The notes beneath the pieces are model-generated. The model was not told where the DNA came from. It saw only the letters and a program-made list of their open reading frames with translations, and searched no databases. DNA of 62,080 nt, the filler included, from Squatina squatina (lineage: Eukaryota): NCBI GenBank assembly GCA_031763465.1. It is 3 parts of 3 records of this genome, joined end to end, with 100 filler letters (N's around TTAATTAATTAA, not from the genome) between each part and the next. Parts side by side here need not be neighbours in the genome. Positions count along the whole stretch, not along the records: positions 1 to 28,894 come from JARFOE010000115.1; positions 28,995 to 47,926 come from JARFOE010000233.1; 1 more part is not named here. One strand, 5' to 3'. The position numbers were made by a program, and so were the translations under genes. Shown in pieces: positions 28,227 through 41,265 of the stretch (its first letter is position 1; every line of letters starts with the position of its first letter).

Positions 28227-28894
28227 NNNNNNNNNNNNNNNNNNNNNNNNNNNNNNNNNNNNNNNNNNNNNNNNNNNNNNNNNNNNNNNNNNNNNNNNNN
28301 NNNNNNNNNNNNNNNNNNNNNNNNNNTTAACACATGCAACAAGTGAAATTTTGATTCTATGTTGTCATTTGCAAGTGATATTTAGTTTATGAAATTTCAA
28401 AGAAAGAACAATGTCTGAAGATAAGAGTAAGTCATTATTTTGAGGGGTTTTTGCATCAAGAAACAGTTTTCTGTCCAATATTTCACAGTCTCTTAGATAG
28501 ACCATATAAATACTGTAGTAGTATAGTCAAATAAAGGTTATTAGAAGTTTACTCACTTTTAATGGGTAATTTTCACAATAGGTATCCAATAACCTTCATC
28601 AGCTTTGTATAATGAGTGTGAAGTTATTGTTCAGGAAAACAATATCACAGCTGTTTTTTCTTGTCTTTGTTTTATCTGTCAGCAGCCTTACAAAGATTTT
28701 AAGCGAGTAGAAACTGTAATGACTTATATGAATACACAAAAAAAAACTGCGGAGAAAAACATCAGCAGAAACATGGAAAGCTTTCATGGGCACTGCCTAT
28801 TCTTCTGCCAATGTCCTAACCACTATCATGACGTAGCCCCTGTAAGCCTGGGTAAATTGTAAAAATCCTGTTTGCAAAGCAAGATTCAAACCCC

Positions 28895-28994
28895 NNNNNN
28901 NNNNNNNNNNNNNNNNNNNNNNNNNNNNNNNNNNNNNNTTAATTAATTAANNNNNNNNNNNNNNNNNNNNNNNNNNNNNNNNNNNNNNNNNNNN
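28895..28994. other. Artificial scaffold-joining linker (44N-TTAATTAATTAA-44N)
   Basis: TTAATTAATTAA at 28939-28950 gives stops in all six frames and is centred in N runs. Confidence 0.97.
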
Positions 28995-29195
28995 TACCTT
29001 CTTATTTAACAGTCAGAATGTTTCTCATCATGTTTCACGCATAGCAATGTTCTTTACAGTGTCATCAGTAATTGCATTCCAGTAAGGAAATAAATAAAAT
29101 GTTTGGCGGGGTTGACCATGAAATGCTTGCCAACCACTATGGTAATTGTATGAACAGCAAATCCTAAAAAGTCCTTTGTAACCTCTTTTGTTTAG

Positions 29196-29293
29196 GTCCA
29201 ACAACACGCTGTATAATATTATTTCCCTTCGGCCGCTTCCTGCTGATTATCAACCTTCTGTAATAATGCTTCCTGGAATGTGCCAACAACAAG
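29196..29293 (+). CDS. WDR36: WDR36 (UTP21) internal exon
   Basis: tttag|G...G|gt; SNNTLYNIISLRPLPADYQPSVIMLPGMCQQQ. Phase joins the next exon. Confidence 0.9.
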
Positions 29294-29571
29294 GTTTTTT
29301 TTAAACAAACTTTCCAGAAATTGTTTTAAATTTTAGTTTTCAAGCTGCTTAATATTGTATAAATGATTAAAACCAGATATATATAACAAATCATAATGTT
29401 GATTATTTGGCTTTCTTGGGTTCTCTTTAAACTGAATATGCAATGTATGTGCAAGTTTAATTACAAGCCCAATTTTTCATAACCTAAATGCTTTCTGTTA
29501 AGTTTTTTACAACTTGTTGGCATTTACCTTTTAAACATTTTTAAGTAATGTGGAAACCACTTTTGTTTTAG

Positions 29572-29717
29572 AGCTGGAGACTTCGGACAATGAAGAGGAT
29601 GTAGAAGGTCAGATGATAGAATATGATTCATCTGAACAGCTCGGAGAGCAGTTGGTGACACTCTCTTTGCTTCCAGAATCACGCTGGAAAAACCTTCTCA
29701 ACCTCGATGTTATCAAG
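29572..29717 (+). CDS. WDR36: WDR36 internal exon
   Basis: ...IEYDSSEQLGEQLVTLSLLPESRWKNLLNLDVIK|gta (Utp21 domain). Confidence 0.95.
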
Positions 29718-30195
29718 GTAGAAAATAGCTAATGTGCTTTTTAATCTAAATTTTCTTGAATGAGTATTTTTATACTGTTATTTATAGTGGTAGATGAAAA
29801 TAACGTGCNNNNNNNNNNNNNNNNNNNNNNNNNNNNNNNNNNNNTCAAATCAGTTGTCATTACTCTGCCTTCTGTGCACATATATTGCTTTGTACACGTA
29901 TTCCACTGATGGTTTACAATATATGGCCGTGTTCATTTATTCATAGTTTAAATGTTGGAAATTGCTTACTTACCTAAATTTCAGTCAAATGTTTATTTTT
30001 GAATGTTTGTCTAACTTTATCATAAGCCATACTTTCATTATCCATAAGTTATTTGAGAACTCGGGGATAATTTTAATTGGTTAAAATGATGTTAACTAAA
30101 GGTGCTGTCATATATTTTAGTAAAACTTCTCAACCACTTTTAAATCGGACTCTTGTGTTCTGATCATTCATCTGTTTTGTTTGGCTGATCTACAG

Positions 30196-30315
30196 AAAAG
30201 GAACAAACCCAAGGAACCACCTAAAGTGCCCAAATCTGTTCCCTTCTTTATTCCAACTGTTCCTGGCCTTGTGCCTCACTTTGCTGCTACAGAACAACAA
30301 ACTGCTGAGGACCAG
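30196..30315 (+). CDS. WDR36: WDR36 internal exon
   Basis: cag|KRNKPKEPPKVPKSVPFFIPTVPGLVPHFAATEQQTAEDQ|gtag. Confidence 0.95.
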
Positions 30316-30493
30316 GTAGGAGGGAAAACCAATAGTGTTTGATTTATGCCTATGGTGATACTAACTTTATTCAAGACAGGCCAAAAGCTTGTNNNNNNNN
30401 NNNNNNNNNNNNNNNNNNNNNNNNNNNNNNNNNNNNNNNNNNNNNNNNNNNNNNNNNNNNNNNNNNNNNNNNNNNNNNNNNNNNNNNNNNNNC

Positions 30494-30915
30494 GAAAACA
30501 CTCACCGTCTCCCCCCCCCCGACACACTCACCACCCACCGACACACTAGCCACCCCCGACACAGTCACCAACACCCGGCACACTCACCACACCCTGACTC
30601 ACTCAACACCCCACAACACACTCACACCCCTCCGGCACACTCACTACCCTACGGCACACTCACCACACTCCGACACACTCGCCACCTTACGATACACTCA
30701 CCACCCTCCAACACAGTCATCACTCCCTGACACACTCGCCCTCCGGTTTACTCACCACCCTCCGACACACTCTCCCCCTTGACACACTCGCCCCCCGGCA
30801 CACTCACCGCCACCCCAACACAATCATCACCCTCCGACGCACTCGCCACCTCCCGACACATTTTCCACCCCCCGACACACTCGCACTCGGGCACCCTCGC
30901 CCCCCGCCGCCCCTC
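30494..30915 (+). repeat. C-rich minisatellite (~19-20 bp, CACACTCACCACCCTCCGA) upstream of CAMK4 exon 1
   Basis: Many degenerate direct repeats of acactc(a/g)cca. Confidence 0.85.
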
Positions 30916-31056
30916 TCCATATTAATGAGATTATTGTGCACTGGAGGTTGCTGTGGATCATTGACGTGGGGCAGAGTGGCCGGTGGCCGGTCAACGTGTT
31001 GGTAGCTTCTCGGCTCCACCGTTGAGTAAGACAGTGTGTTACGGCCGACGGCCAGG

Positions 31057-31175
31057 ATGTTGGGAGTCACCGTGCCCTTTGCCAGTGAGGCATCGGAGTG
31101 TGATTACTGGATCGACGGCTCCAACAAAGAGAGCGCCGTGGAAGATTATTATGAGGTCGGATTGGAACTGGGACG
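31057..31175 (+). CDS. CAMK4: CAMK4 coding exon 1
   Basis: ATG in a CpG-rich context; MLGVTVPFASEASECDYWIDGSNKESAVEDYYEVGLELGR|gtacg (human MLKVTVP...DYWIDGSN..EVESELGR). Confidence 0.92.
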
Positions 31176-33777
31176 GTACGTCTGCAGCTAATTCCACTTT
31201 CTGTCAGCACATGTCAATCTGATCAATCGCTCAAAGCAACACTTGCCAACCCCGACTGTTTGCAGGGCTGGCACAGGGCAACGTTAGCAGTGCTGGAAGA
31301 TATCAACCTTCCAACAGCGAGAAACACTGGTATTGGTTTATCTATTTGGCAGATAGTTTCTGTATCTTCCTGAAAGGCAAAACGAATGAACAGGCGAGGG
31401 TTATACAGAGGCTATTACAGATTAATATTTAAAGAGCGGTTTTGACATGAAAATGTTATCTGTTTGCCAATGGAGCACTCGAGACTTCGGCGGTCTAAAG
31501 AACTGAATTGTTACTTTATTGGTTCTTTGTCATTTTAAATTCATATCGCAGTGGCGTCCAATCCATATATAAATACTACAATACCTTTCAATGGAATAAC
31601 GATTTTGAAAGATTCAGTTAGTAGTGTAGATTCCCGAATTAAAAACAATGAACATCTTTTTGCAGAAAGAAGCGAGAGAGGTTTTAGTTTCGTGAGTCTC
31701 AGTATAATAATGTGAAAACCACTTGCAGGACTTCGTTATTTTCTTGTTTTCCTATTTATAACATTGATAGACTTAAGAATCCAACTTGAACCAGTTTACC
31801 TTTAAAAAGATGAACTTTTCAAATCAGGACAGTGGTTTCATAAGGTTAATTTCTCTTCCTTAATTGCTGGTCGCTATCCATGTCCCTCGTTATCTGTTGC
31901 AGAACATTATAGTAGGTGCATTTATGTAAATGACAATCAACTTTTTTCTGTGTTTTGGCCTGTTTGGTTCTTGATTTAATCCCTTATTCTGATAGTTTTG
32001 GAATCGGGATGCTCAGGTGCTCATTTCTGGTCGCTGGAAATGGCGCAGATGGTGAAAGTGTCGTACAGAACCATGCAAAACCGAAGTTTAAGGTTTGATT
32101 CTCAGTTTGTGCAATTGGCTAGTCTTAGCTGATGCAGCAATTCGGCAAGGTTTCCTACTCTTGATCATTATCTAGAGACACCTGATAAATAGTGCACATG
32201 TGGAGATTGGGTGAGGACCCTCCACGGTTGAATAGCCTGCAGAAACTCACTATCTCGGCTCAGATATGAAGAAAGATTACAAGGTAACAGAGGACTAACA
32301 ATGTTTGTGTACATATATTGTCATCAAAATTCAAGAGGGAGGGAAGAAATTTGCGGTAGAGGAATGGGAGAACATTCATTTTTGAACAGATAGTACTGGG
32401 TTTATGTCCTTAGGCCACTGTCACTCATATCCCCTGCCAAGAATAATATGATTGTTGTTGGTTTTCAGCCAACCTCATACGTGATACTTGCAAAAGCTGT
32501 GAATTTAGTGGGCTGGGGTTCAGGGAAGATGACTGCAGTTGGAGAAGTCAGCTGAAGGAAAATCTATGGGAAATAAATATGGAGCTAAAAATAAAGTACA
32601 AAAAAGCCCAAAATAATGCTAGATGAGTTGTGCAAATTAGTAGTATGATCCTGCTCTAGCCAGTACTGAAATTGACTACTGTACTAGATATTGGTTCAGT
32701 TCCTCCTTAGTGGCATTCCTGACTACTACATGTGAATAAGGGTTCTACTTCTGTCTATAAAATAAAATTGTGTGACATTCAAGGGCAAAGGTTTAGTTCA
32801 GATGTCCACTGACATTATTTACTGCAGGCTGTTGCACATTCTGTCAATTAGCAGGAAACAGTAAAAGTGTATTTCCATGCAACTCCTAGTCAGCCAGTCA
32901 CATTCAAGGGTTTTGTCTGAGAATGTAAAAATACATCTCATTAACTCTGAAGAGCTTTACATTCAAGCTTGACACTGTAACCACACTGCCTACACCAAAT
33001 GCTACCCACACACTCATTCTTTTTCTAGTTACTGGAAGGCTACCATTACACGCATCCATTTTGAACTGTTTTTTAAATGTTAGATCATATGTAAAGTAGA
33101 TTCAGGCAGCACACAATCAGTAGAAAATCCTTCATTTATGTTCTGCAATATAACAGTGTGTGCTCTAGGTAATTAAATTTGGTTTGTGAAAATTGTTTAT
33201 TAATTGTTAAGGCAAGTATTTAGCTCTGAAAGTAATTTTATCAATAACTAATTTTTTAGAAGCTTTTTATTAAAATATATAAATGTGAGATTTCTACAGC
33301 TCATTCCTAAACTGCAATTTAAATTTTTAACCCTTAAGCTGCTGGGATCTGCACCTGATTTTGCTACAACTTAAGTCCTTACATCCCATCTATGTTTTAG
33401 CAAGGTTGTAATATGGCTATATATGGTACCCATGTCCCCAATAGAGAGCTTTTCTTGAAGGGAGCATGAGTTGGAAATAGGCCAACAAGACTCTAGCTCA
33501 AATTCTCAACCCTTGGTCCGTCTGAGTATGGCACTCTGCTAGGAACNNNNNNNNNNNNNNNNNNNNNNNNNNNNNNNNNNNNNNNNNNNNNNNNNNNNNN
33601 NNNNNNNNNNNNNNNNNNNNNNNNNNNNNNNNNNNNNNNNNNNNNNAGAAGCTGCAGACAAGAGCAGGTGTGCAATAAATCTGGGGCACTACCTAGGATA
33701 ACAAACCTCAAACTTTTAATTTCATTTATACATTTATAATGTAGTGAAATGTATTTATATTTTCTATTGTTTCACAG

Positions 33778-33840
33778 GTAGATAAAAAAATAGTTCGAAC
33801 TGAAATAGGAGTTCTACTTCGACTCTCCCACCCCAATATT
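33778..33840 (+). CDS. CAMK4: CAMK4 exon (exon 3 by human numbering)
   Basis: cag|VDKKIVRTEIGVLLRLSHPNI|gtaagt. Confidence 0.95.
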
Positions 33841-34932
33841 GTAAGTATGAATTGCTATATTCATCATAATACCTAACTTGTCCATTTATTAATATATCAT
33901 CAAAGATATAAGACCCTAGTAATTTTCCCTCATTTTTGTGTAAGGTACGTAATGATTTATAACTTGCAGGCTCAGTTATAAATATGCTACATTTTGAACT
34001 GTTTTATCAATGTTTTGACTGCTCACTATCTGATATAGCACAAATATATTTAACTATTTTTGTGACATTATGGTACAAGCCTGAACTTACACATTAACAT
34101 TAGCACTTGGGTGCCGCTACACCATTTCAAGTAGATGAACATGGGAGGAACAGTTTTCCATTTTATTGCTATGTTTGAAGCCTCATTTTTTATTCGTTCA
34201 TGGGATGTGGGCATCACTGGTAAGGCCAGGATTTATTNNNNNNNNNNNNNNNNNNNNNNNNNNNNNNNNNNNNNNNNNNNNNNNNNNNNNNNNNNNNNNN
34301 NNNNNNNNNNNNNNNNNNNNNNNNNNNNNNNNNNNNNTGCCCATCATTGTGATGACAAGAGCGTGTGTTCTACACCATTATCAGGCTATCAGTTCAGCAT
34401 TATAATGCTGTCACCTGACAGGTGAAAAGGCCTTCACTAAGAAATAATACATTCCTTTATCGAGGTTCTGTTGTGCATAACCATTTTCATTTTAATGTTC
34501 TTCTCTGTCTCCACTCCACCCCAAAAAGGAAATCACGAAACCTGCATAAACTGTGAAGCAAACAATCTGGTCAAAGCACAGTTCAGACATCAACATTTTA
34601 CAGTATTATAATTATCTTACATGTGTTGCAAAACCTGTTTACATCATAGAAATATAGAGGAAATTCAGCACTCAAAGTATTCCAATAATTCCATTAAAAT
34701 AGAAGGATTCATTATAATAANNNNNNNNNNTATAATAAGATGGTCCTATGATCATCCTTATTTACCTCTGGCAAAGGTGTGTTACACGTGAATGATTCTA
34801 CACAATGTCATTTAGTGGATTAAATATAAAACAACTTCATTATAGCACTCATAGGTATTAGCTGAGTGCCATGTGTCAACTACTAGTAACTGCGTTCATT
34901 TCTTACTCTGCATTCTGTTGTTTCTTGTCTAG

Positions 34933-35070
<138 letters not shown>

Positions 35071-36483
35071 TAATAGACAGATGACATTTTTATGTAAAAN
35101 NNNNNNNNNNNNNNNNNNNNNNNNNNNNNNNNNNNNNNNNNNNNNNNNNNNNNNNNNNNNNNNNNNNNNNNNNNNNNNNNNNNNNNNNNNNNNNNNNNNT
35201 GAGAGGCACAGCAGGATGATGTGAGTGTGGCGTTGCACTCACCTTTCCCGGTCTAATGATATCATCAAAGTATTTCTGGTACTGAGCCCAGGATGCTCCA
35301 GACAACATCCCTGCTGTTCACCTCCTCTGCTAAATGGGGCCAGGCTCAATTGGTCTTCTGGGAAGCTCTCTTCCGGTCTTCTGTAGGGAAGAGGACCTCC
35401 CTGCGTGCTCTCACTCTCTCCACAGGCATATGGAGGGAATCATCTGAGAACCTGGGTGCAGCCCTCTGCCTCAGTGCAGTCATGTTTGCAAGTATTTGGA
35501 ACACTCCAATGCCTGCACACTCCGAGATGGACCTTCAAATGCAATGTGGCCATAGCTCCTTTAAGTATCCCGGCTGAAAACGGGTCATCGATGATGTCAT
35601 CAGACCTGCATCATTTAATCGGGCCGGGAAATGCGCAGGGCGGCCTTAATAGGCCCCATTAACGCAAAGTTAGATCTGAGGAGCAGAATGGAATGAGCAG
35701 TGGGGTCGCGACCCTCCACGGCGACCGTCCGCACCCGATTCCGCTCAGGTACAGGAAATTCCGGCCTGTGCAGTTTATTTTTCATTGCCTTTGCACTTTG
35801 CACTAGTTATAGAAAATTTGGAGGTGGGGGAAAAAAGAACTGTTTGACTGGATGGGGCGCTTGGAGGTGGAAGGTCATTTGTTGAATCCTCTGGGAATAC
35901 GCCAACCAGTGTCGGTGACCCAAGTCCCGGTGATCGAGCTTTGGCAAAGTAAAGATTTTAATCATTGCCACTTCCTCCATTGTTCATGATGATTACCAAT
36001 GAGACAACGGGGGCCGGGAGTGGCGGGAGGGGGGGAAGTTGCCAAGAAGGACAAAAGCAGGTGAATGTAAACTAATTTCAACACAGTGATCTGCTCATCG
36101 GGTATTTTAGCTGCACATGTTTCCTCCTTCAACTACAAAGAAACCACTAATTATGTCATTAGATACAATTAGCAGTTTTTATGTAAAACATCACACTTAA
36201 CACCTCATCTAAGAGATTCTTTTTTCCCGGCAACTTTACTCTCAGCATGCCTTGTCCAGAATTGGATTTTTTAAAATATATCTAAATATTTATAATCTAT
36301 CCAGAGTTTAAACATATGCTTCAAGAAAGAAGAGAGAAATTCAAAGTAAGGAATGTCTTTCTTACATGTGTTTTTAGGAGGAATTTGCTCTTTGCCCAGT
36401 GACTGTGCACAAAAGGAGTACTAATTTCTCTCCTGTTTGCTAAAGTATTGCTCTACGTAGTAATGTCACACCGGATGAATTCT

Positions 36484-37000
36484 TAGGCAGTCCCTCGGGG
36501 TCGAGGATGACTTGTTTCCACGCCGGAGTTGTGGGTTCTGAGGTGACTAAATAGCCCTATACGGGATCCACAAACTCTACCACAGGTGATATTTGATGGG
36601 GCGAGTGGATGGGATGCTCGGGTTTCTGCGCGCTCCTTCTGCTGCCTGTGCTTGGCCTCCACGTGTTCCCGCTGGAGAAGCTCAAAGTGGTTGGCGCCTT
36701 CGCAGATGCTTCTCCTTCAGTTCGGGCAGTCTTGGGCCAGAGATTCCCATGAGTCGGTGGGGATGTTATATTTCTTCAGGATGTCCTTGAAGCGCTTCCT
36801 CTGCCCTCCTGTTGTGCGGCTGGGGCAGGCTGGTGTAGGACCTTTGTCTTGTGGATGTTTAGTGTGAGGCCCATTCTCTCGTACGCCTCAGTGAATAAGT
36901 CGACGATGGATTGGAGCTCAGCCTCCGAGTGTGCGCACACGCAAGCTCGATGAGAGAAGTTGGGGTGGTCTTGGTTCCAGTGATGCAGCCTTCACTGGCA
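36484..37000 (-). mobile_element. RTE-clade LINE, internally deleted 3' fragment
   Basis: CAHSEAELQSIVDLFTEAYERMGLTLNIHKTKVL on the minus strand (the YADD motif just upstream is deleted), plus an RTE-like 3' end. Confidence 0.75.
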
Positions 37001-37305
37001 GGGACCTTCATCAGACCTATGTTCAGGGCATAGCAGCTGACTCCTGTGCCGTCAGCATTTTGAGCCAGGACTGAAAGAGTCATATCAAAGTTCATCTGCT
37101 GCTGAAACCTGCATCCATGCCTGTGTTACCTCCACACTTGACTATTTCAATGCTTTCCAGGCTGGCCTCCCACCTTGCACCCTCTGTAAATGTGAGCTCC
37201 TCCAAAACTCTGCTGCCTGTATCCTATCTCGCACCAAGTCCGGTTCAGCGTTCACAATTTCTGCATTGGCTCCCGTTCCGGCAAAGCCTCAGTTTAAAAT
37301 TCTTT

Positions 37306-37790
37306 GGGGCCGAAGTTGCCCTGTGCCCCGTGCCCCGTGCCCCATGCCCCGTGCCCCGTTTGGAGGCGGTAACTCTCCAGGGCTGGGTCCTTCAGTGCCT
37401 GGCCCAGGAGTACGGCCCCCGATTTGGAACTGGGCTTACTGCGCGGGAAATTCCGGCACTCCGCTTCGTTTCCAGGGCAGTGGTGCGGCGCTGAGTCCAG
37501 CGTCGCTCGGAGGAGGCCAGCCCTACGCGGAGCTCCGCGCAGTGCTGACGCGCTTCAACGCCCCTGCCTTTCAGTTAAAGGGGGAGGGCCGCAGCGCACT
37601 CTGCACTGGCCACCGATGACCGCCGCTGGGCCGCCAGGGGACAGTGCGACTGGGTTAGCAGCCGGGCTAGCGGTCGGCGTGCCGGGCTAAAGGATGGTGG
37701 CCCGGGGAGCAAAAGGCCTTCCCTTAAAGGGCGCCCCGGGTGCCGATGAGCGCCAGTTTCACGCCTCACGAAGTTGGCGTTGCCGTCACC
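37306..37790. mobile_element. GC-rich MITE/Harbinger-like insertion following an L2 fragment (~37120-37300)
   Basis: Terminus GGGGCCGAAGTTGCC, CpG-rich body, same style as other GGG..AATT-ended elements in the window. Confidence 0.55.
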
Positions 37791-38442
37791 TCCCTCCGAC
37801 CTTGCATCCCACAGGGTGGTGAAGGNNNNNNNNNNNNNNNNNNNNNNNNNNNNNNNNNNNNNNNNNNNNNNNNNNNNNNNNNNNNNNNNNNNNNNNNNNN
37901 NNNNNNNNNNNNNNNNNNNNNNNNNCTCAGCAGGTCAGGCAGCATCTGTGGAGAGAAAAACAGAGTCAACGTTTCGGGTCGATGACCCTTCCTGCTGAGT
38001 TTTTCCAGCATTTATTGACAATATTATATGTACTGACAGAATTTCTGTTCAGAGAATTATTTGCAATTCTGCATATTCCTTTTTTGTCAATTTTGTATTT
38101 ATTCTTGAGATGTGGGCAATGCTGGCAAAACACATTTATTGCCCAACCCAAGATGCCTTTAGAAGGTGTTGGTGAGCCTTCTCTTTGAACTGCTGCAGTC
38201 CTTGTACTGCTGGTGCTGTCGTAATGGTGTTAGGTAAAGAACCCAATGACAAAGAAGTAATAGCTGTTCATGTCCAAGTCAGGGTAGTGTGAGACTTGGA
38301 TGGGAACTTGGAGATGATAATGTTCCCACAATCTTGAATTACCCTTTTAAACAGTTTTAACTGAAATTGGTTTGTTAAGATGTTAAGATGTACTTGCTTA
38401 TTTTGTTTAAACTCCAACCTTAATTTGTTCTTTCCATCCCAG

Positions 38443-38518
38443 CTCCTGAAATCTTACGAGGCTGTGCCTATGGACCAGAGGTTGACATGTGGTCAGTGGG
38501 CGTCATCACCTACATACT
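38443..38518 (+). CDS. CAMK4: CAMK4 exon (exon 8)
   Basis: cag|(A)PEILRGCAYGPEVDMWSVGVITYIL|gtaag. Confidence 0.95.
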
Positions 38519-39087
38519 GTAAGATTCTGAAAATGTAGCATCAGGCCTTTTGTTATTCCAAACTTTCTTATGTTCTCTTAATTAAGGATAGTAATAATCT
38601 GAATGAGAAACTCATCCAAGTACTTCAGTAGTAAAAATAACCCTTCCNNNNNNNNNNNNNNNNNNNNNNNNNNNNNNNNNNNNNNNNNNNNNNNNNNNNN
38701 NNNNNNNNNNNNNNNNNNNNNNNNNNNNNNNNNNNNNNNNNNNNNNNGCTGTGGGACAGCTCTCCCAATGTTGGCACAAGTCCCCAGATGTTAGTGGGGA
38801 GGACTTTGCAGGGTTGACTGGGCTGGGTGTGCCATTGTCGTGTCAGTAGTAAGTACTAAGCCAGTACTAAGGTTGATGCCGGGTGATCTATCTGGTATTA
38901 TTCTTATTATTTTTTCTCATAGCGATTTGTTACAACGGAGTGGCTTGCTAGGCCATTTTAGAGGGCAGTTCTGAGTCAACCACATTGCTGTGCGCCTCAN
39001 NNNNNNNNNGATTTGGACTCGTGTCTCCGGATCATTTGTCCAGGCCTCTGTTTTACTCGTCCAGTAACATAACCACTATGCTACCGT

Positions 39088-39560
39088 TTATGAGGATGTT
39101 GCCAGGACTGGAGAATTTTAGCTATGAGGAGAGATTGGATAGGCTGGGGTTGTTTTCTTTGGAACAGTAGAGACTGAGGGGAGACTTGATTGAGGTGTAT
39201 AAAACTATGAGGGGCTGAGATAGGGTGGATAGGAAGGACCTCTTCCCCTTAGCAGAGGGGTCAATAACCAGGGAGCATAGATTTAAAGCAACTGATAGAA
39301 GAATTAGAGGGGAGTTGTGGGTAACTTTTTCACCCAGAGAGTGGTGGGGGTCTGGAACTCACTGCCTGCAAGGGTGCTAAAGGCAGAAACAGTCAGCAGA
39401 TTTAAAAAGTACTTGGATATGCACTTGAAGTGCTATAACCTACAAGGCTACGGACCAAGAGCTGGAAAGTGGGATAAGGCTGAATGGCTATTTTCCAGCT
39501 GGCACAGACACGATGGGCTGAACGGCCTCCTTCTGTGTCGTAAACTTCTTTGATTCTACA
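39088..39560 (+). mobile_element. CR1 LINE 3' end
   Basis: [24 protein letters not shown]..., FFTQRVVGVWNSLP, typical 3' UTR. Confidence 0.9.
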
Positions 39561-39817
39561 CAACAGATTATGGGATTAAAATGTACACCAAGATCAGAAC
39601 TGAAGTCCATTAGTTGCATTATATTGAAATTGTAATATTGCTTTTATACACATAAATAGATCAAATGAAGAAACCCACCAAGCCTGGCCACTGCCAACCA
39701 ATATTGTACTTATTAGCTACCCGAGCTCTGTAGCACAGTAGGAAGGAACTTATATCAAGGAATTGCAGGAAAAATATTCTTCTAAACATTGTCTATAGTT
39801 ACTGTTTCAGCTTAGAC

Positions 39818-40044
39818 CTAAGTTTTCAAAGCATTCCGGAGTTCATTATAGAAGTTGACTAATGAATTTGCCACTGCAGAGTCCACTACAGCCTGTGGCA
39901 GCATTCCTCGTAAATCGGTCTGAATAAAGCCAGTCAAGAGGCTGTGGTCAGGGTCACTCTTCAAAGGAATGCAAAACCATCCACATGGGTGATTAAATCC
40001 ACGAACAAAATTAGGTTGTTTCTCCCCATATTCAACACTGACTC
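39818..40044 (-). CDS. STARD4: STARD4 last coding exon
   Basis: cag|(G)[74 protein letters not shown]. Not in the ORF track; position next to CAMK4 fits synteny. Confidence 0.93.
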
Positions 40045-41265
40045 CTGTATTGGGTTAACAAGAAGATTGTCCTTTAATACAACGAGACATTTCAAAGAAT
40101 TACTCCCCAAAATAACTGAACCCTTCTNNNNNNNNNNNNNNNNNNNNNNNNNNNNNNNNNNNNNNNNNNNNNNNNNNNNNNNNNNNNNNNNNNNNNNNNN
40201 NNNNNNNNNNNNNNNNNNNNNNNNNNNCGTCAACACAAAGACAATAGTGGCAGGCAATGGAGGGTTGTGTTCTTCAACTTGCCATATGCAACGCCACAGG
40301 AGATCAAACTAATATGTACATGAATAAATAACAAATTATCCGGACTCAGACAAAGTTTGCTGATAATATCAAACAGGGAGGAGTACCTGGGCTAAGAGAG
40401 CTGGCAGATTATGAACATGTACTGTACACATACTGATTATTCCTGTTCCTTGAACAGAAAAAGATATACTTCACAAACGCTTGTGTACTAGCTTCATTGT
40501 CATCCTTCTTGGTGGTAGAAAGCAGAAAAAATGTACGGCAATATATTACAAAAACAAGAATAAAGAATTAAAGTATACCACAAATGCTAAAGTTTTCGAT
40601 GCAGTGAAGGAAAGGAGGGATCTAAGTGTGCTTGATCCTTAAAAATGGGTGGACAGGTAAAAAAAGCACTTAAAAGGATATTAGCTCGGATGATGTGGAA
40701 TCTGTATGGGTTGAGCTGAGAAATACCAAGGGGCAGAAAACGTTAGTGGGAGTTGTATACATACAGTAGTGGTGAGGTTGGGGATGGCATTAAACAGNNN
40801 NNNNNNNNNNNNNNNNNNNNNNNNNNNNNNNNNNNNNNNNNNNNNNNNNNNNNNNNNNNNNNNNNNNNNNNNNNNNNNNNNNNNNNNNNNNNNNNNNCCC
40901 ATGGAATGCAGGAAACTGGGGTGGGGACATTCTGGACAACAGTGAATAGACAATCTATCAGGAGCAGGCCAGAAAACTGTTGGCAAGTCACTCTGCTTTG
41001 GCTGTGGGAGATAGTGAGATCGGTGGGATGATGCTAGTGGGCACAGACCAAGACAACATCCATGGCATCCCTGTAAAGCAGCAGTTTCCACAAATGTTTC
41101 TGTTTCCTTAATCCCAAGGGGGTTTTACCACCCATTCTTAGTTTACACCCTTCCTTTCCTGCACATCAATCACTGCAATGGCAGGGGCAGAGGACAAGGA
41201 GGAACAGGAGGGAAGAAAGTTCTTCCTTGTGTGCTATTGTGATGACGACTGGGATGATGATGTGG

